48,269 bases of DNA from IMG/VR virus record IMGVR_UViG_3300005323_000056, positions 1-48,269 of that record, one strand, 5' to 3'. The stretch is from a virus (Duplodnaviria; Caudoviricetes). The position numbers and the translations under genes are program-made. Below, piece by piece: positions 9,264-18,729 of the stretch (position 1 is its first letter; every line of letters begins with the position of its first letter). Below the pieces are notes generated by a model that was not told the DNA's origin, did no database searches, and saw only the letters and a list, made by a program, of their open reading frames with translations.

Positions 9264-9500
9264 TTACTTTACCTCTGGCGGCGCGATTGTGGTTGCGCTT
9301 GTCGTTGTTTCTGTGGTTGTGGTAGTGTTCGCAGGCGGAACGGTTTGCTTCGTGAAAAAGTAAGTAAAAATCATGACGGCAATCACCATGAACTGATCCG
9401 CCGTAACCTTGCCTACAATGGCAAGATATGCCAGAACACCGGACATTAGAAGCGTTACAATTGTTTTAACATCAATCAGTTTGGATAATTGTTCTTTCAT
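9264..9500 (-). CDS. Holin
   Basis: 2 TM; LSKLIDVKTIVTL...FM.IA.MIFTYFFTK; adjacent to the endolysin. Confidence 0.8.
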   Translation of the reverse strand: MKEQLSKLIDVKTIVTLLMSGVLAYLAIVGKVTADQFMVIAVMIFTYFFTKQTVPPANTTTTTETTTSATTIAPPEVK

Positions 9501-9653
9501 TTACTTTTTACCTGCTTTCTTCTTTTTTACTTTCTCAGGCAATTTCTTGCCTTTAGTCGCAGTTTCCCATTCGTCTACTGTTTTCTTGGATATTTCACCC
9601 TTGTTCATCATAGCATAGAACTTACGTCTTTGCGATTTGGATTTGAAGGGCAT
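9501..9653 (-). CDS. Small basic phage protein (50 aa, not in ORF track)
   Basis: MPFKSKSQRRKFYAMMNKGEISKKTVDEWETATKGKKLPEKV; GAGGTGG RBS. Confidence 0.75.
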   Translation of the reverse strand: MPFKSKSQRRKFYAMMNKGEISKKTVDEWETATKGKKLPEKVKKKKAGKK

Positions 9654-9665
9654 AGAAACCACCTC

Positions 9666-10004
9666 TCACGAAAGATATGCAATGATAAGATTGACAATGC
9701 TTATAAGAGTTCCAACGCAAACGCCAACAATAATGCCTGTTTTAATGGCCCCTGGCTGAACAACCTTCTTTTCTTTTGCTGATTGAACGTCAAGACAACG
9801 CTGTTTTATCAGCTTAATGTCCGTGTCATGCTGAATCACCATTTCAACCTTTTGGGGATAATCTTTCACGCTTGTTTTAATTACTTCCACGTCTGTCTTA
9901 ACTGCTGATAAATCATCTTTCATGGACATGATCAGACTTTCCAGTCTTTCATATTGTGTCTCACTCATGCTGACAATCCCCCCGGTTTTTTCTGTTGTTT
10001 CCAT
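9666..10004 (-). CDS. XhlA/holin-like protein (coiled coil plus C-terminal TM)
   Basis: Position in the lysis cassette; single C-terminal hydrophobic helix. Confidence 0.6.
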   Translation of the reverse strand: METTEKTGGIVSMSETQYERLESLIMSMKDDLSAVKTDVEVIKTSVKDYPQKVEMVIQHDTDIKLIKQRCLDVQSAKEKKVVQPGAIKTGIIVGVCVGTLISIVNLIIAYLS

Positions 10005-10040
10005 GTTGTTCTCCCTATAATTTTATCATGCAATGCAAGG

Positions 10041-13000
10041 TTATTTTTTAGGATGCTTCTTTATATATTCAGCATTAGCAGTTTCTCTGGCGGTTGTATA
10101 AACCTTTGACAAGGCATTCGCTTTTTCATCATCCGTCATTCCCCTGTATTTCCCATTGTTAATTAACTGCTGAACACCAATTTTTGCAAGTTCCCCCCTG
10201 CGCTGGACATACCACGCATAATCCGTTGCGTTCAAATCCCAGGTATGCTTTTTGCCAGAAAGCGTTTCACCCGCTATTTTATTCGACGGTACCGGTGGCA
10301 GGGCTATACCGCCAACGCTTTGATAAGACGCTTCAAATACTTGCGCAACCTCTTTTGTTATGTGGTCTAGTTTCGTTTCCGACACAAGAAACGGGGAGAA
10401 CATATTTATGAACGTACGTTCCATGACCCCGATAACGCCCTTTGCTTGAACCTGTGTCGCTGGTTCTCCCCAAATATCGGTCTTTATTGGAGTGGCAAAT
10501 GTTCCAAACGGTACGCCAGTCATGAATTGTTTCGCAAACGATCCGATTGCGGTTCCGCTATACAGGTCGCGCTGATAGGGATCTATAACCTTGTTTAACT
10601 GTTTGACCATTTGTGGCAAACCTTGCAATACACCTCCCGTTACAATGTTTCCAAGAATATCAGACATATTCTTTTCTCCCATGCCCAGTTGAAGCGCCTG
10701 ATTGTCAAATATGCTATTGTTTAACAGAGAGTCTATAGATGCCTTGCCAGCCCCTAAAAACTTATTGGCAAGAGTTTCGTCAGAAGTAAACGACTGCCAC
10801 ACTTGAGCGCCAATTATAAGCCCGGGAGAAACTGGTTGCATCCAGTCTATGGAAAACGAACCAAGACCTTTTATGTATATTGAGTATGCCCTTTTCCCCT
10901 GTAACGCCCACAACTGTTTTTCTTTTTCATTGTCTGGGGCAGCCCCGGTAAGTATCCCAAGTCCGGCAAGTGCAAAACCAAGAACAAAAGAGGTCGATGT
11001 TCCGGCTACGGACTGAGCAAGTTTTTTGATTCTTATTGCTCTCTGGCCGTCAGATAATGCCTCATACTTAGTTCCCTTGATAAGACTCTTAACTTTTTCT
11101 CCGCCAAAGTCTATGGCAAGAACTTTTGCCATTGCTAATGGTGAATACTTGTATGACGTTGACGTAATTGCCGCCAACGTGTTTACAAACGGATAAACCA
11201 TTTTAAGTAATACCTTGCGTCTTTGTCCTTGCTTTCTAAGGTCTGAAGCCAACGCAAGATTAAGTCCATTATCTAGATCCGACTCAAGTTCTTTTATTCT
11301 AGCCATGTCTATAGCGCCTTCAATGCCCTTGTTTATCATATTGGAAATCCACACGTGATTTCTATATGTTCCCTCTTTCGCGGTTTCTGACGCCCTTTCC
11401 ACAGCTTTGCGAAGAATTTCGGCCTTTTTTGTTTCAGGCAAGGATTCGTCAAACCCGGCAACCTTGAGAAGGTTTGCCAAATCGGGTTTAAAATAGTTTT
11501 CAAACACCAATGTGTCACCCCATGCTGATATTTTGAATTTGGCAAGTTTCCCTTCCGTTGTTAATTGCCCGGTTTTTAATAATTGAGTAGCAGCTCTGCG
11601 TCCTGCTTCCAAAAGCTTGCTATTAAATATTGTGCGTTCCTGCCCCATAACTGGAGCAATTGACATTTTATCTGTGTTGTCTACAACGCGCCTTATTAAT
11701 TCTGGCGTGACGTATTTTTTAACAAACCGAACAACAGGATCATCCATTTTCATTGTAAGATACTTGTCTGCTGAAGAACGAACTTCCCCCGCTAGTTTCG
11801 CCCTCTTTTCGGCAAAGTGCTGTATCCGTCTTTCCAACTTAAATGGAATCATGCCGGCAAAATTTACAATGGCATTTCGGTTTAACGACTTCATGTTAAG
11901 CAGCATGGCAGTCATCAGAAAGGCAGTAACCTTTTCAGGATTGGTTGCCTTGATTTCTTTTGCTATGTTCTTAGTTATTTTGTCGTATATGGCATCCTTT
12001 TCCGTCTGTGTTTTTGCCCTAAAATAATCCGCAAGCATATCATGCGTTTCTTGCTCTAATTGTTGCGTGAAAATAGGTATTTTCAGACGCTTTGCCCACA
12101 TTTCCTGCAAGCGTCCAGAGTCAAACTCACCACGATAATCTGCTGTTGAAAGCATTTCAATCATCATTTCTTGTTCTGATTTGTATTGTTTTTCGACAGC
12201 ACCCTTCTCTAACCTTTTGTTTAAGGAATTTCTTAAGGCGTCACGTTGGTGTTCCATTTCCTTTTTATATTCTTTTTCCACGTACTTATCCAGATACGCA
12301 AACGACTGCTCATCCATGTCTGGCATATTTTCTCTAAGTTTAACAACAAATTCTTCAACCGATTCGTTTCCAGTAAAGAAATATTGTTTTGCCAGATCAT
12401 AGACTGATTTGTTCATGCTTTTAATATTGGCAGAAACCGCCTGTGATATGTATTTATTTGCGGAAATGGGATCAGCCATCTCGCTAAAATATTTCGCCAG
12501 GTCGGAACGGTTGGCTAAGTCTGGATTGTTCTTCAAAACATCCTGCACTGAGTTCCAAACAGAGGAATATGCTTTCCTGTTTGATATTATATCAGACAAC
12601 ACCTGATACGGGTTTTCTTTTGTCGCCTGGGTTCTTTTCAAAACCTCATTTGCTTTTGACATTAACCTTTTAATAAGTTTTTGGTTAAACTCATTAACTG
12701 GTTTATCTTTAACAGTAATCTTTGCAAACGCTTCTATCTGCTTTGCAACGCTTTTTGCAGCATATGCTGGAGTGTTCATAAATGATATTCTGTCAGCTTT
12801 AGCCTTTGCTTTCTTTGATTCAAGTTCAGCAAGTCTTGCCCGTCTTGCCTCTTGCGCTTTGAAATATGCGTCTATCAATGCCTGTGATTTATCGCTGCGC
12901 TTTGAATCGAAAGACTGTTCCACATATTTGCGTATATATGCAAGACCGGACTTGTAAATGCTTGGCATTTTGGTTTCCAGAAATTGCATTAACGTATCAA

Positions 13001-15878
13001 TTGAAGATTCTTTACCTGAAAGATACCTCTTTGCCTCTTCGTTCATGTTTATGTTGGCATCTTTCAATGCCGTAGTTACAAGCTTGTTAATGACACGTTC
13101 TGCCATAACCGGATCGGCAAGCAAATCAAAATAACCAGTCATTGTCTTTTTTTGTTCATCCGTAATGTCAATTGTCCCTTCAACAATGGTTTTCGCTTCA
13201 TCCCAAACACGGGCATATTCCGTCCTGTTGATAATGATGTCGGAAATGGCCTTGTATATGTCCGAATGTTTTTTAATGGACGGATTGGTTTCCTTATACT
13301 TGGCAAACAAGACGGATAACGCCTTCTGCAAATCCGTTCTTTCCGCCATGGGTTTTTTGTTAATGTCCTTTTCAATGCGTTTAGCAAGCAATTGTTCCCA
13401 TGACATTTCGTCTTCTGCATCATTCGATGGGGGATCATCAATGTTGTCAACAACATCTCTTGTTCCGTTTTCGGAAGGTGTCTTTAGCCCCTCGAAAAAC
13501 TTTTTATTTATATCTCCCAGTTTTTGTGCCGTAGTTTTTGCTCTGCTTTTGTATTTCTGCTTGTCAATTCCAGGAACGTCTTGAATATGATCAAACTTAT
13601 TCCTTAGTTTTTTCAAGTGAGAAGCAGGGAGATATTGTGCCAGCAATCTAAACGCTTGTGATTGCTGGCCACCCCTTGTAGCTATCTCACTAAGCATTGC
13701 GGAAACCCTGCCAAACTCGTAGTCAGCACTTTCTGAGTTTTCCTTTACAAGTCTGTCTGTGTATTCAAACATTTCAACAATCTGGTCTGGGCTTGCAATT
13801 TTGTTTTCATTATATAATTCGTTTATCAGTTTGATGGCTTGAGAATTTGCCTGTTCGCCATATTCTTGTATCCTACTCTGAGCAATGGAAACTGCGTCTC
13901 TGTTGGTAAACGTATTGTATAATAGTTCTCTTTCTGAGAACAATTTATCAAAACGCTTTTTAATGTTTGTTGGTTTTCCCTTTGTAACAGCGTCAATGAG
14001 TCTCACGAGATAACTACGTTGCCCCTGACCCTCAGGTGTGGTTATCTTTGCAAGGAATGACTTGTACGCAAGCAACTGTAAATTTATCTTGCCAAGTTTA
14101 TCAGTAGTATATTTGCCTTCCTGCAATTCCGTTTTAAGATCAGATATTTTCTCCATGACATCTTCTGATGTGTTCACATCAGCAACAAATACCTTGCCTT
14201 CGTCTGTTTCAATCCATGCGTTAACGTCTTTTGATACATCCTCTTTATTGGCAATACGTTCGATCAATGTTTCTTGCGTGACAGCGCCCTGTGCAATCGT
14301 TGTATCCCATTGCTGTGTCGCAATGGGTGTTACATCACTTTGCACGTTGGAAACGCTTGTAGCGCCTTGTAGCGTGGTTTTAGGGGCATTGGTTTGCTTA
14401 CCTTCGAATCCGTCAAACAAATTCTTTGCAGTTTCATTGGCAATGTTTTGAGTTGCCTGTTCTTCGCCGGTTTCTAAATACTCTTTGCCATCCTCCGCCA
14501 TTTTTAATAAATCATCTTCGCTGTTTGCCGATTCTATGACATTGGCAATAGTCTGTGTTACTGTCTTTTGGTTGGACGGCATTTTCATGTCTTTTTTAAC
14601 GGCATCAATATAGTTCCCGTAGTCTTCAACGGTAACTTCACCTATCGGCTTATCCAAGTATGTTGATGCTTTGCGGATATTATTGAATGTTGCCACTCCT
14701 GAAGGCACCCTTTGCAAACCAGCGGCAACAGCACCGGTAGCATAAGAATCAAGCAATGCCATTACACTGATAGCGGCAGTACCGTCATTCTTCCATGCAA
14801 GCCAATCTAAGTCCTTTTCCGTTGTCAGTTTAGCCAATATGCCAGAAGCGGCCGTTGCCAGCACTTCTTCCATGCCTTCCTCATTGGCAGTTTTTAACAT
14901 ACCTTTAGCCAAAGCCTTCACCGAAGTTTTCGCTGAATCGGCTATAACTTGCTTTGCAGATTTCTTAAAGATGCTTTCAATCAACCCTTTTGTAGCATTG
15001 GAAATAGAACCGCCCGCCCTGCTTCCAATAAGTTTTCCGAACTGACCAAACAGCATTTCTGTTTCAATGTCTATAGCGGCATTGCCCAATGCGTTAATCA
15101 ATATTGTATTATTATCCAACTTCTCGCCAGATAATTCCATTTGTTCTATTGTGCGTTCTACCGAGTTTCTAAACGCCATATTACCCATAAGGACATATCC
15201 CAATACCGGAACCTTTGTCATTTGCGATATTGGCATAGAAGATAAGACATTCGCAGTAAATCGCGTAACGCCAGATTGATTGGCAAGGTCTGCTTTTTCT
15301 GACAACCTTTTTTCAACAGCTTTTAGTTTTGTTCCAGAAGTCCATGCGGCGGTATAAGTATCTTTGATTGTCTTTGGCGCATTTGTCGCTTCGGCGACTT
15401 TTGCAAGATTAGTCATTCCGCCACGTTCAGATGATTGTTTTGCGGTTGATACAAGGAACTTTCCAATAGTAGAATTACCCAAGTCTTCAACCTTATCAGG
15501 AGTAGCGGTCTGCATTTCCGCAACTTCTTCCTCAGTCTTTAATCCTGGCGTGAGGTTTTGTCGAACATAGTTTATTACGGTTGATGCAACAGTACGCCAA
15601 ACAGCACCAAATGCGCTTGACTTTGCTTTTGGTTTTTCAGTTTCTTCCGTATCGTCCGTTTCAACAGGTTCAACAACCGTTGCCTTTGGCTTATCATGCT
15701 TATGGCTAAAGTCATAAAACAAGTCATTCACAACCGGGTTTTCTTCTTCCTTGCCAAAGTCATCAAACAAATGCGAAACAGACGTTTTTGAAAGCGTCTT
15801 TACTGGAGTATATGGCGTATAAGATGCGCTTGTGTTTGTTACAACAGGCGGTTTTGTCAGTTCTGTCCTTAACGGCAT
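10041..15878 (-). CDS. Large internal virion (DNA ejection) protein
   Basis: 1945 aa, helical; EEGMEEV motif; C-terminal FSIDWMQPV...IIGA, VIDPYQRD, KTDIWGEP, FSPF motifs typical of large podovirus ejection/polyvalent proteins. Confidence 0.75.
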   Translation of the reverse strand: MPLRTELTKPPVVTNTSASYTPYTPVKTLSKTSVSHLFDDFGKEEENPVVNDLFYDFSHKHDKPKATVVEPVETDDTEETEKPKAKSSAFGAVWRTVASTVINYVRQNLTPGLKTEEEVAEMQTATPDKVEDLGNSTIGKFLVSTAKQSSERGGMTNLAKVAEATNAPKTIKDTYTAAWTSGTKLKAVEKRLSEKADLANQSGVTRFTANVLSSMPISQMTKVPVLGYVLMGNMAFRNSVERTIEQMELSGEKLDNNTILINALGNAAIDIETEMLFGQFGKLIGSRAGGSISNATKGLIESIFKKSAKQVIADSAKTSVKALAKGMLKTANEEGMEEVLATAASGILAKLTTEKDLDWLAWKNDGTAAISVMALLDSYATGAVAAGLQRVPSGVATFNNIRKASTYLDKPIGEVTVEDYGNYIDAVKKDMKMPSNQKTVTQTIANVIESANSEDDLLKMAEDGKEYLETGEEQATQNIANETAKNLFDGFEGKQTNAPKTTLQGATSVSNVQSDVTPIATQQWDTTIAQGAVTQETLIERIANKEDVSKDVNAWIETDEGKVFVADVNTSEDVMEKISDLKTELQEGKYTTDKLGKINLQLLAYKSFLAKITTPEGQGQRSYLVRLIDAVTKGKPTNIKKRFDKLFSERELLYNTFTNRDAVSIAQSRIQEYGEQANSQAIKLINELYNENKIASPDQIVEMFEYTDRLVKENSESADYEFGRVSAMLSEIATRGGQQSQAFRLLAQYLPASHLKKLRNKFDHIQDVPGIDKQKYKSRAKTTAQKLGDINKKFFEGLKTPSENGTRDVVDNIDDPPSNDAEDEMSWEQLLAKRIEKDINKKPMAERTDLQKALSVLFAKYKETNPSIKKHSDIYKAISDIIINRTEYARVWDEAKTIVEGTIDITDEQKKTMTGYFDLLADPVMAERVINKLVTTALKDANINMNEEAKRYLSGKESSIDTLMQFLETKMPSIYKSGLAYIRKYVEQSFDSKRSDKSQALIDAYFKAQEARRARLAELESKKAKAKADRISFMNTPAYAAKSVAKQIEAFAKITVKDKPVNEFNQKLIKRLMSKANEVLKRTQATKENPYQVLSDIISNRKAYSSVWNSVQDVLKNNPDLANRSDLAKYFSEMADPISANKYISQAVSANIKSMNKSVYDLAKQYFFTGNESVEEFVVKLRENMPDMDEQSFAYLDKYVEKEYKKEMEHQRDALRNSLNKRLEKGAVEKQYKSEQEMMIEMLSTADYRGEFDSGRLQEMWAKRLKIPIFTQQLEQETHDMLADYFRAKTQTEKDAIYDKITKNIAKEIKATNPEKVTAFLMTAMLLNMKSLNRNAIVNFAGMIPFKLERRIQHFAEKRAKLAGEVRSSADKYLTMKMDDPVVRFVKKYVTPELIRRVVDNTDKMSIAPVMGQERTIFNSKLLEAGRRAATQLLKTGQLTTEGKLAKFKISAWGDTLVFENYFKPDLANLLKVAGFDESLPETKKAEILRKAVERASETAKEGTYRNHVWISNMINKGIEGAIDMARIKELESDLDNGLNLALASDLRKQGQRRKVLLKMVYPFVNTLAAITSTSYKYSPLAMAKVLAIDFGGEKVKSLIKGTKYEALSDGQRAIRIKKLAQSVAGTSTSFVLGFALAGLGILTGAAPDNEKEKQLWALQGKRAYSIYIKGLGSFSIDWMQPVSPGLIIGAQVWQSFTSDETLANKFLGAGKASIDSLLNNSIFDNQALQLGMGEKNMSDILGNIVTGGVLQGLPQMVKQLNKVIDPYQRDLYSGTAIGSFAKQFMTGVPFGTFATPIKTDIWGEPATQVQAKGVIGVMERTFINMFSPFLVSETKLDHITKEVAQVFEASYQSVGGIALPPVPSNKIAGETLSGKKHTWDLNATDYAWYVQRRGELAKIGVQQLINNGKYRGMTDDEKANALSKVYTTARETANAEYIKKHPKK

Positions 15879-15881
15879 ACA

Positions 15882-17381
15882 TTACTCCTCTTTTTGTTTT
15901 CTTGTCAGATACGATATAAGTAGATTGTAATTGGTAGTACCAATTGCATTTTTAAACTCTGTGGATTTGCCCATTACATAGGTTTTTATTTCATCCCAAC
16001 TTTTCCCGTCTCGATGATAACCTACAACTAAATTATAAGTAGCTGTATAATTTGAATCATAATTGGCTTGAGTTTGCGTGGTTGTGGTTGAATATGATGT
16101 TGACGATGACCCTGCTTTTACCGCTTCCAAAGCAAGCAAGTATGCTTCGTCATTTTCTACTTTTCTGGCATAAGCAACAAGTTCTGACGCACTCGCTTGT
16201 ATTGCACTGTATGCCTGATTGCGTTTTGTCGTTCCAGATGAATATGATGTTCCGGTAGCAACACCAAAGAAACTGGCAATTTCATAATCCGCCACATCAT
16301 TGCTTTTCCATCTTGCAACCAGTTCATTATATGTACTAACTGCCTGATCGTAATCAACCTGCATAATTCCAAGTTGACCTTCCGAATATTCCTGTTCTTC
16401 TGTGGCTTTTGAATACTGTCTGCTATATGCGGCATTTGCTTGTTGTATGGCAAGCTCTTTCATAGCAATGTTGTTTTCAAACTTCTGCTGGTCAAGATCG
16501 GCCTTAAATTTGTCCAATGCAAGGCTTTGTTCAAATGCGGTATCTTCACGATCGGCTACAAATGAAGCAAGCTCCATGTAGTAGTTTCTATCCTCGAGGA
16601 ACCGTTCATAGGCTTTTTCTTCGTATGAAACCTGTAATTCCATAAGCCGACTTGTCAATGCGGATTGCGCTACAGACGAATATAGACCGCCACGTCCAAC
16701 CATCATGTCTGTTACTTGCTGTTCCACTTGTGAAGCGGCAAGCTTGTAGGCATTGTCGGTAGAAGGGTCATAGGCAAACTCAAGACTGTTAGCCTTGTCA
16801 AAGTATTCCTTCCATGCCGGTGGTTGTTCCGCCGTTGTTTCTCCGCCTGCGCTGGTTGTAGTTGTCGTAGTGCTTGATGTTCCGTCTGTTCCACCATAAC
16901 CGCTTCCACCACCACCACCGCCTGATTGCTGTTGCGCCTGTGCTGTTTGCACACCAAGACTAGCGCCAGCGGCAGGGCCGTTTACGTCACCACCAGATAA
17001 CGTACCAGGATTATATGGCGTTACAATGGAATCAGAACCGGAAGGGCTAGGATATGGCGTGTTGTTTGGAACTTGACCGGCATTGGCTTGTACGGTTGAC
17101 GAAGGATACTGAGGATCAGGCAAACCCAATGTATTTGTAACAGGCGCAGTAGTAGGTGTTTCAGGAATGGGCTGTACAACAACCGGCTGGACAGTGCTAG
17201 GCGTATTGACTATTTGCTTGCCCTGAGAACTGATAACGCCAGCGGACAACGGAGTGCTTGTGGCGGTGTCCGTTGACTGGGTTATTGGATTTTGCGTATT
17301 TTGCTGTGCTAGATTTTTTAGCGTTTCGGAAGTTGTTGATGTTCCGTTATCGCCTATTTCAATACCTTTTACTAATGCCAT
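15882..17381 (-). CDS. Internal virion/DNA pilot protein
   Basis: Low-complexity Q/T/G N-terminus; FAYDPSTDNAYK...GRGGLYSSVA motif; position before the large ejection protein. Confidence 0.7.
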   Translation of the reverse strand: MALVKGIEIGDNGTSTTSETLKNLAQQNTQNPITQSTDTATSTPLSAGVISSQGKQIVNTPSTVQPVVVQPIPETPTTAPVTNTLGLPDPQYPSSTVQANAGQVPNNTPYPSPSGSDSIVTPYNPGTLSGGDVNGPAAGASLGVQTAQAQQQSGGGGGGSGYGGTDGTSSTTTTTTSAGGETTAEQPPAWKEYFDKANSLEFAYDPSTDNAYKLAASQVEQQVTDMMVGRGGLYSSVAQSALTSRLMELQVSYEEKAYERFLEDRNYYMELASFVADREDTAFEQSLALDKFKADLDQQKFENNIAMKELAIQQANAAYSRQYSKATEEQEYSEGQLGIMQVDYDQAVSTYNELVARWKSNDVADYEIASFFGVATGTSYSSGTTKRNQAYSAIQASASELVAYARKVENDEAYLLALEAVKAGSSSTSYSTTTTQTQANYDSNYTATYNLVVGYHRDGKSWDEIKTYVMGKSTEFKNAIGTTNYNLLISYLTRKQKEE

Positions 17382-17430
17382 ATAAGCACCGCCTTCACTT
17401 ACATTGTATCATGCTTGTCTAATACTATTG

Positions 17431-18669
17431 TCAATTAAGAAACTCATTCATGTACGCCAATGTCTGTGCTTCGTCATAAGACACAATCAACTTTACATAA
17501 CTGGCAATGGACATTTGCTTTGTGTATGTTCCGACAATCTCATTGCCAAAAATGTACGCATTAAAAATGTACTCCCCGGCCTGAGCATCGGAATACACCT
17601 GAATAGCAAACGGTTTTGCTACGGAATTACTGATCTTGTTTTTGTAGATCGCTCCGCTTGCATAGTTGAGCTTGATTATTCCTTCATTGATCGTGTTACC
17701 ACTGATGACTGTTCCCAGGTTCCGCAGAATCTCAATGTTCGAATTGGCAAGACGGTTATCACTAATGATTGTATGCAAGGGTTCGGCAGTATCAATGGCA
17801 AATATACCGCCGTTGGTTATGTCGTTGTTGTCGATAGTGGTACGGTCACCGTAAACTAGCGCAATACCGCCATCAATGGCATTGTCGTCAATCAATGTGT
17901 TTGTAGCGCCACGGTGAATCATGACGTCGGCTTTTTTGTTGTTATAGAACCTATTTCCGGAAATGCGAACGGAATCTATCGGCCAGCCAACTTCATTCTC
18001 CAAATCAATACCGCACATGGGATCGGTTCCGCCAACATTGCCGATGTTATAAATCTCATTGGCGGTTATGGCGCCATTGACCGCGCCCATGATGCTCAAA
18101 CCCTGTCTGCGATTGTCGTGCAGTTTGCAGTTCATGACAATAACGTCTTTTGAAACGCTGTTAAGGTCACTTGATATTCCGCCGATTAAAACAGAATCGC
18201 CGGTCATGTTATAGATATTGAGACTGATCAGCGACACGTTGATACCGCCGCGAATGTCTATACCGAACCCGTATTCGTGGGTAGATGCAGGCGCTCCGAT
18301 ATAAACATGGTTGAGTTTATCGCCAACAAGGATACCGTTTCGAATTGTGACATTGCTACTTCCAACAATGGTAAATATCGCATAACCCGGCTTGTCATTG
18401 GCAACTTGAATCAATGTAGAACTGCCAAGATCAAAAGTGATGTTTGACGGAATCTGTATAGACTTGTCTGAAACGGAATACACCCGATCATGCTTGCCGT
18501 CCACATAATACGTGTTCTTAGCAAACTTAACCAAAGTCAATCCGTTCTGGCTTGCAGACGCCAGCGCGCGATTGATTGCCGAAACATTTGACAATGCCTT
18601 GCTTGTACTCTTAGCCACAATGCCCCAGTACCGATTGATGATTGTTCCGTCTGATGTAAATCCGTTCAT
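17431..18669 (-). CDS. Right-handed beta-helix (pectate lyase-like) protein, putative polysaccharide depolymerase
   Basis: AINRAL..A, IQIPSNITFDL, THEYGFGIDIRG, GDSV.I, NRRQGLSI, P.CGIDLE, N-rich beta-helix rungs. Confidence 0.85.
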   Translation of the reverse strand: MNGFTSDGTIINRYWGIVAKSTSKALSNVSAINRALASASQNGLTLVKFAKNTYYVDGKHDRVYSVSDKSIQIPSNITFDLGSSTLIQVANDKPGYAIFTIVGSSNVTIRNGILVGDKLNHVYIGAPASTHEYGFGIDIRGGINVSLISLNIYNMTGDSVLIGGISSDLNSVSKDVIVMNCKLHDNRRQGLSIMGAVNGAITANEIYNIGNVGGTDPMCGIDLENEVGWPIDSVRISGNRFYNNKKADVMIHRGATNTLIDDNAIDGGIALVYGDRTTIDNNDITNGGIFAIDTAEPLHTIISDNRLANSNIEILRNLGTVISGNTINEGIIKLNYASGAIYKNKISNSVAKPFAIQVYSDAQAGEYIFNAYIFGNEIVGTYTKQMSIASYVKLIVSYDEAQTLAYMNEFLN

Positions 18670-18729
18670 ATAACTTCCTTTCTTAATAAGTAACTGTAGC
18701 TTTTGCCGCCAGTACCAGTTGATCAGTTA

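Noticed and set aside
18670-18729. Remnant of an older fibre C-terminus in the spacer (…AKATVTY-stop)
   Set aside because: Too short to distinguish from chance.
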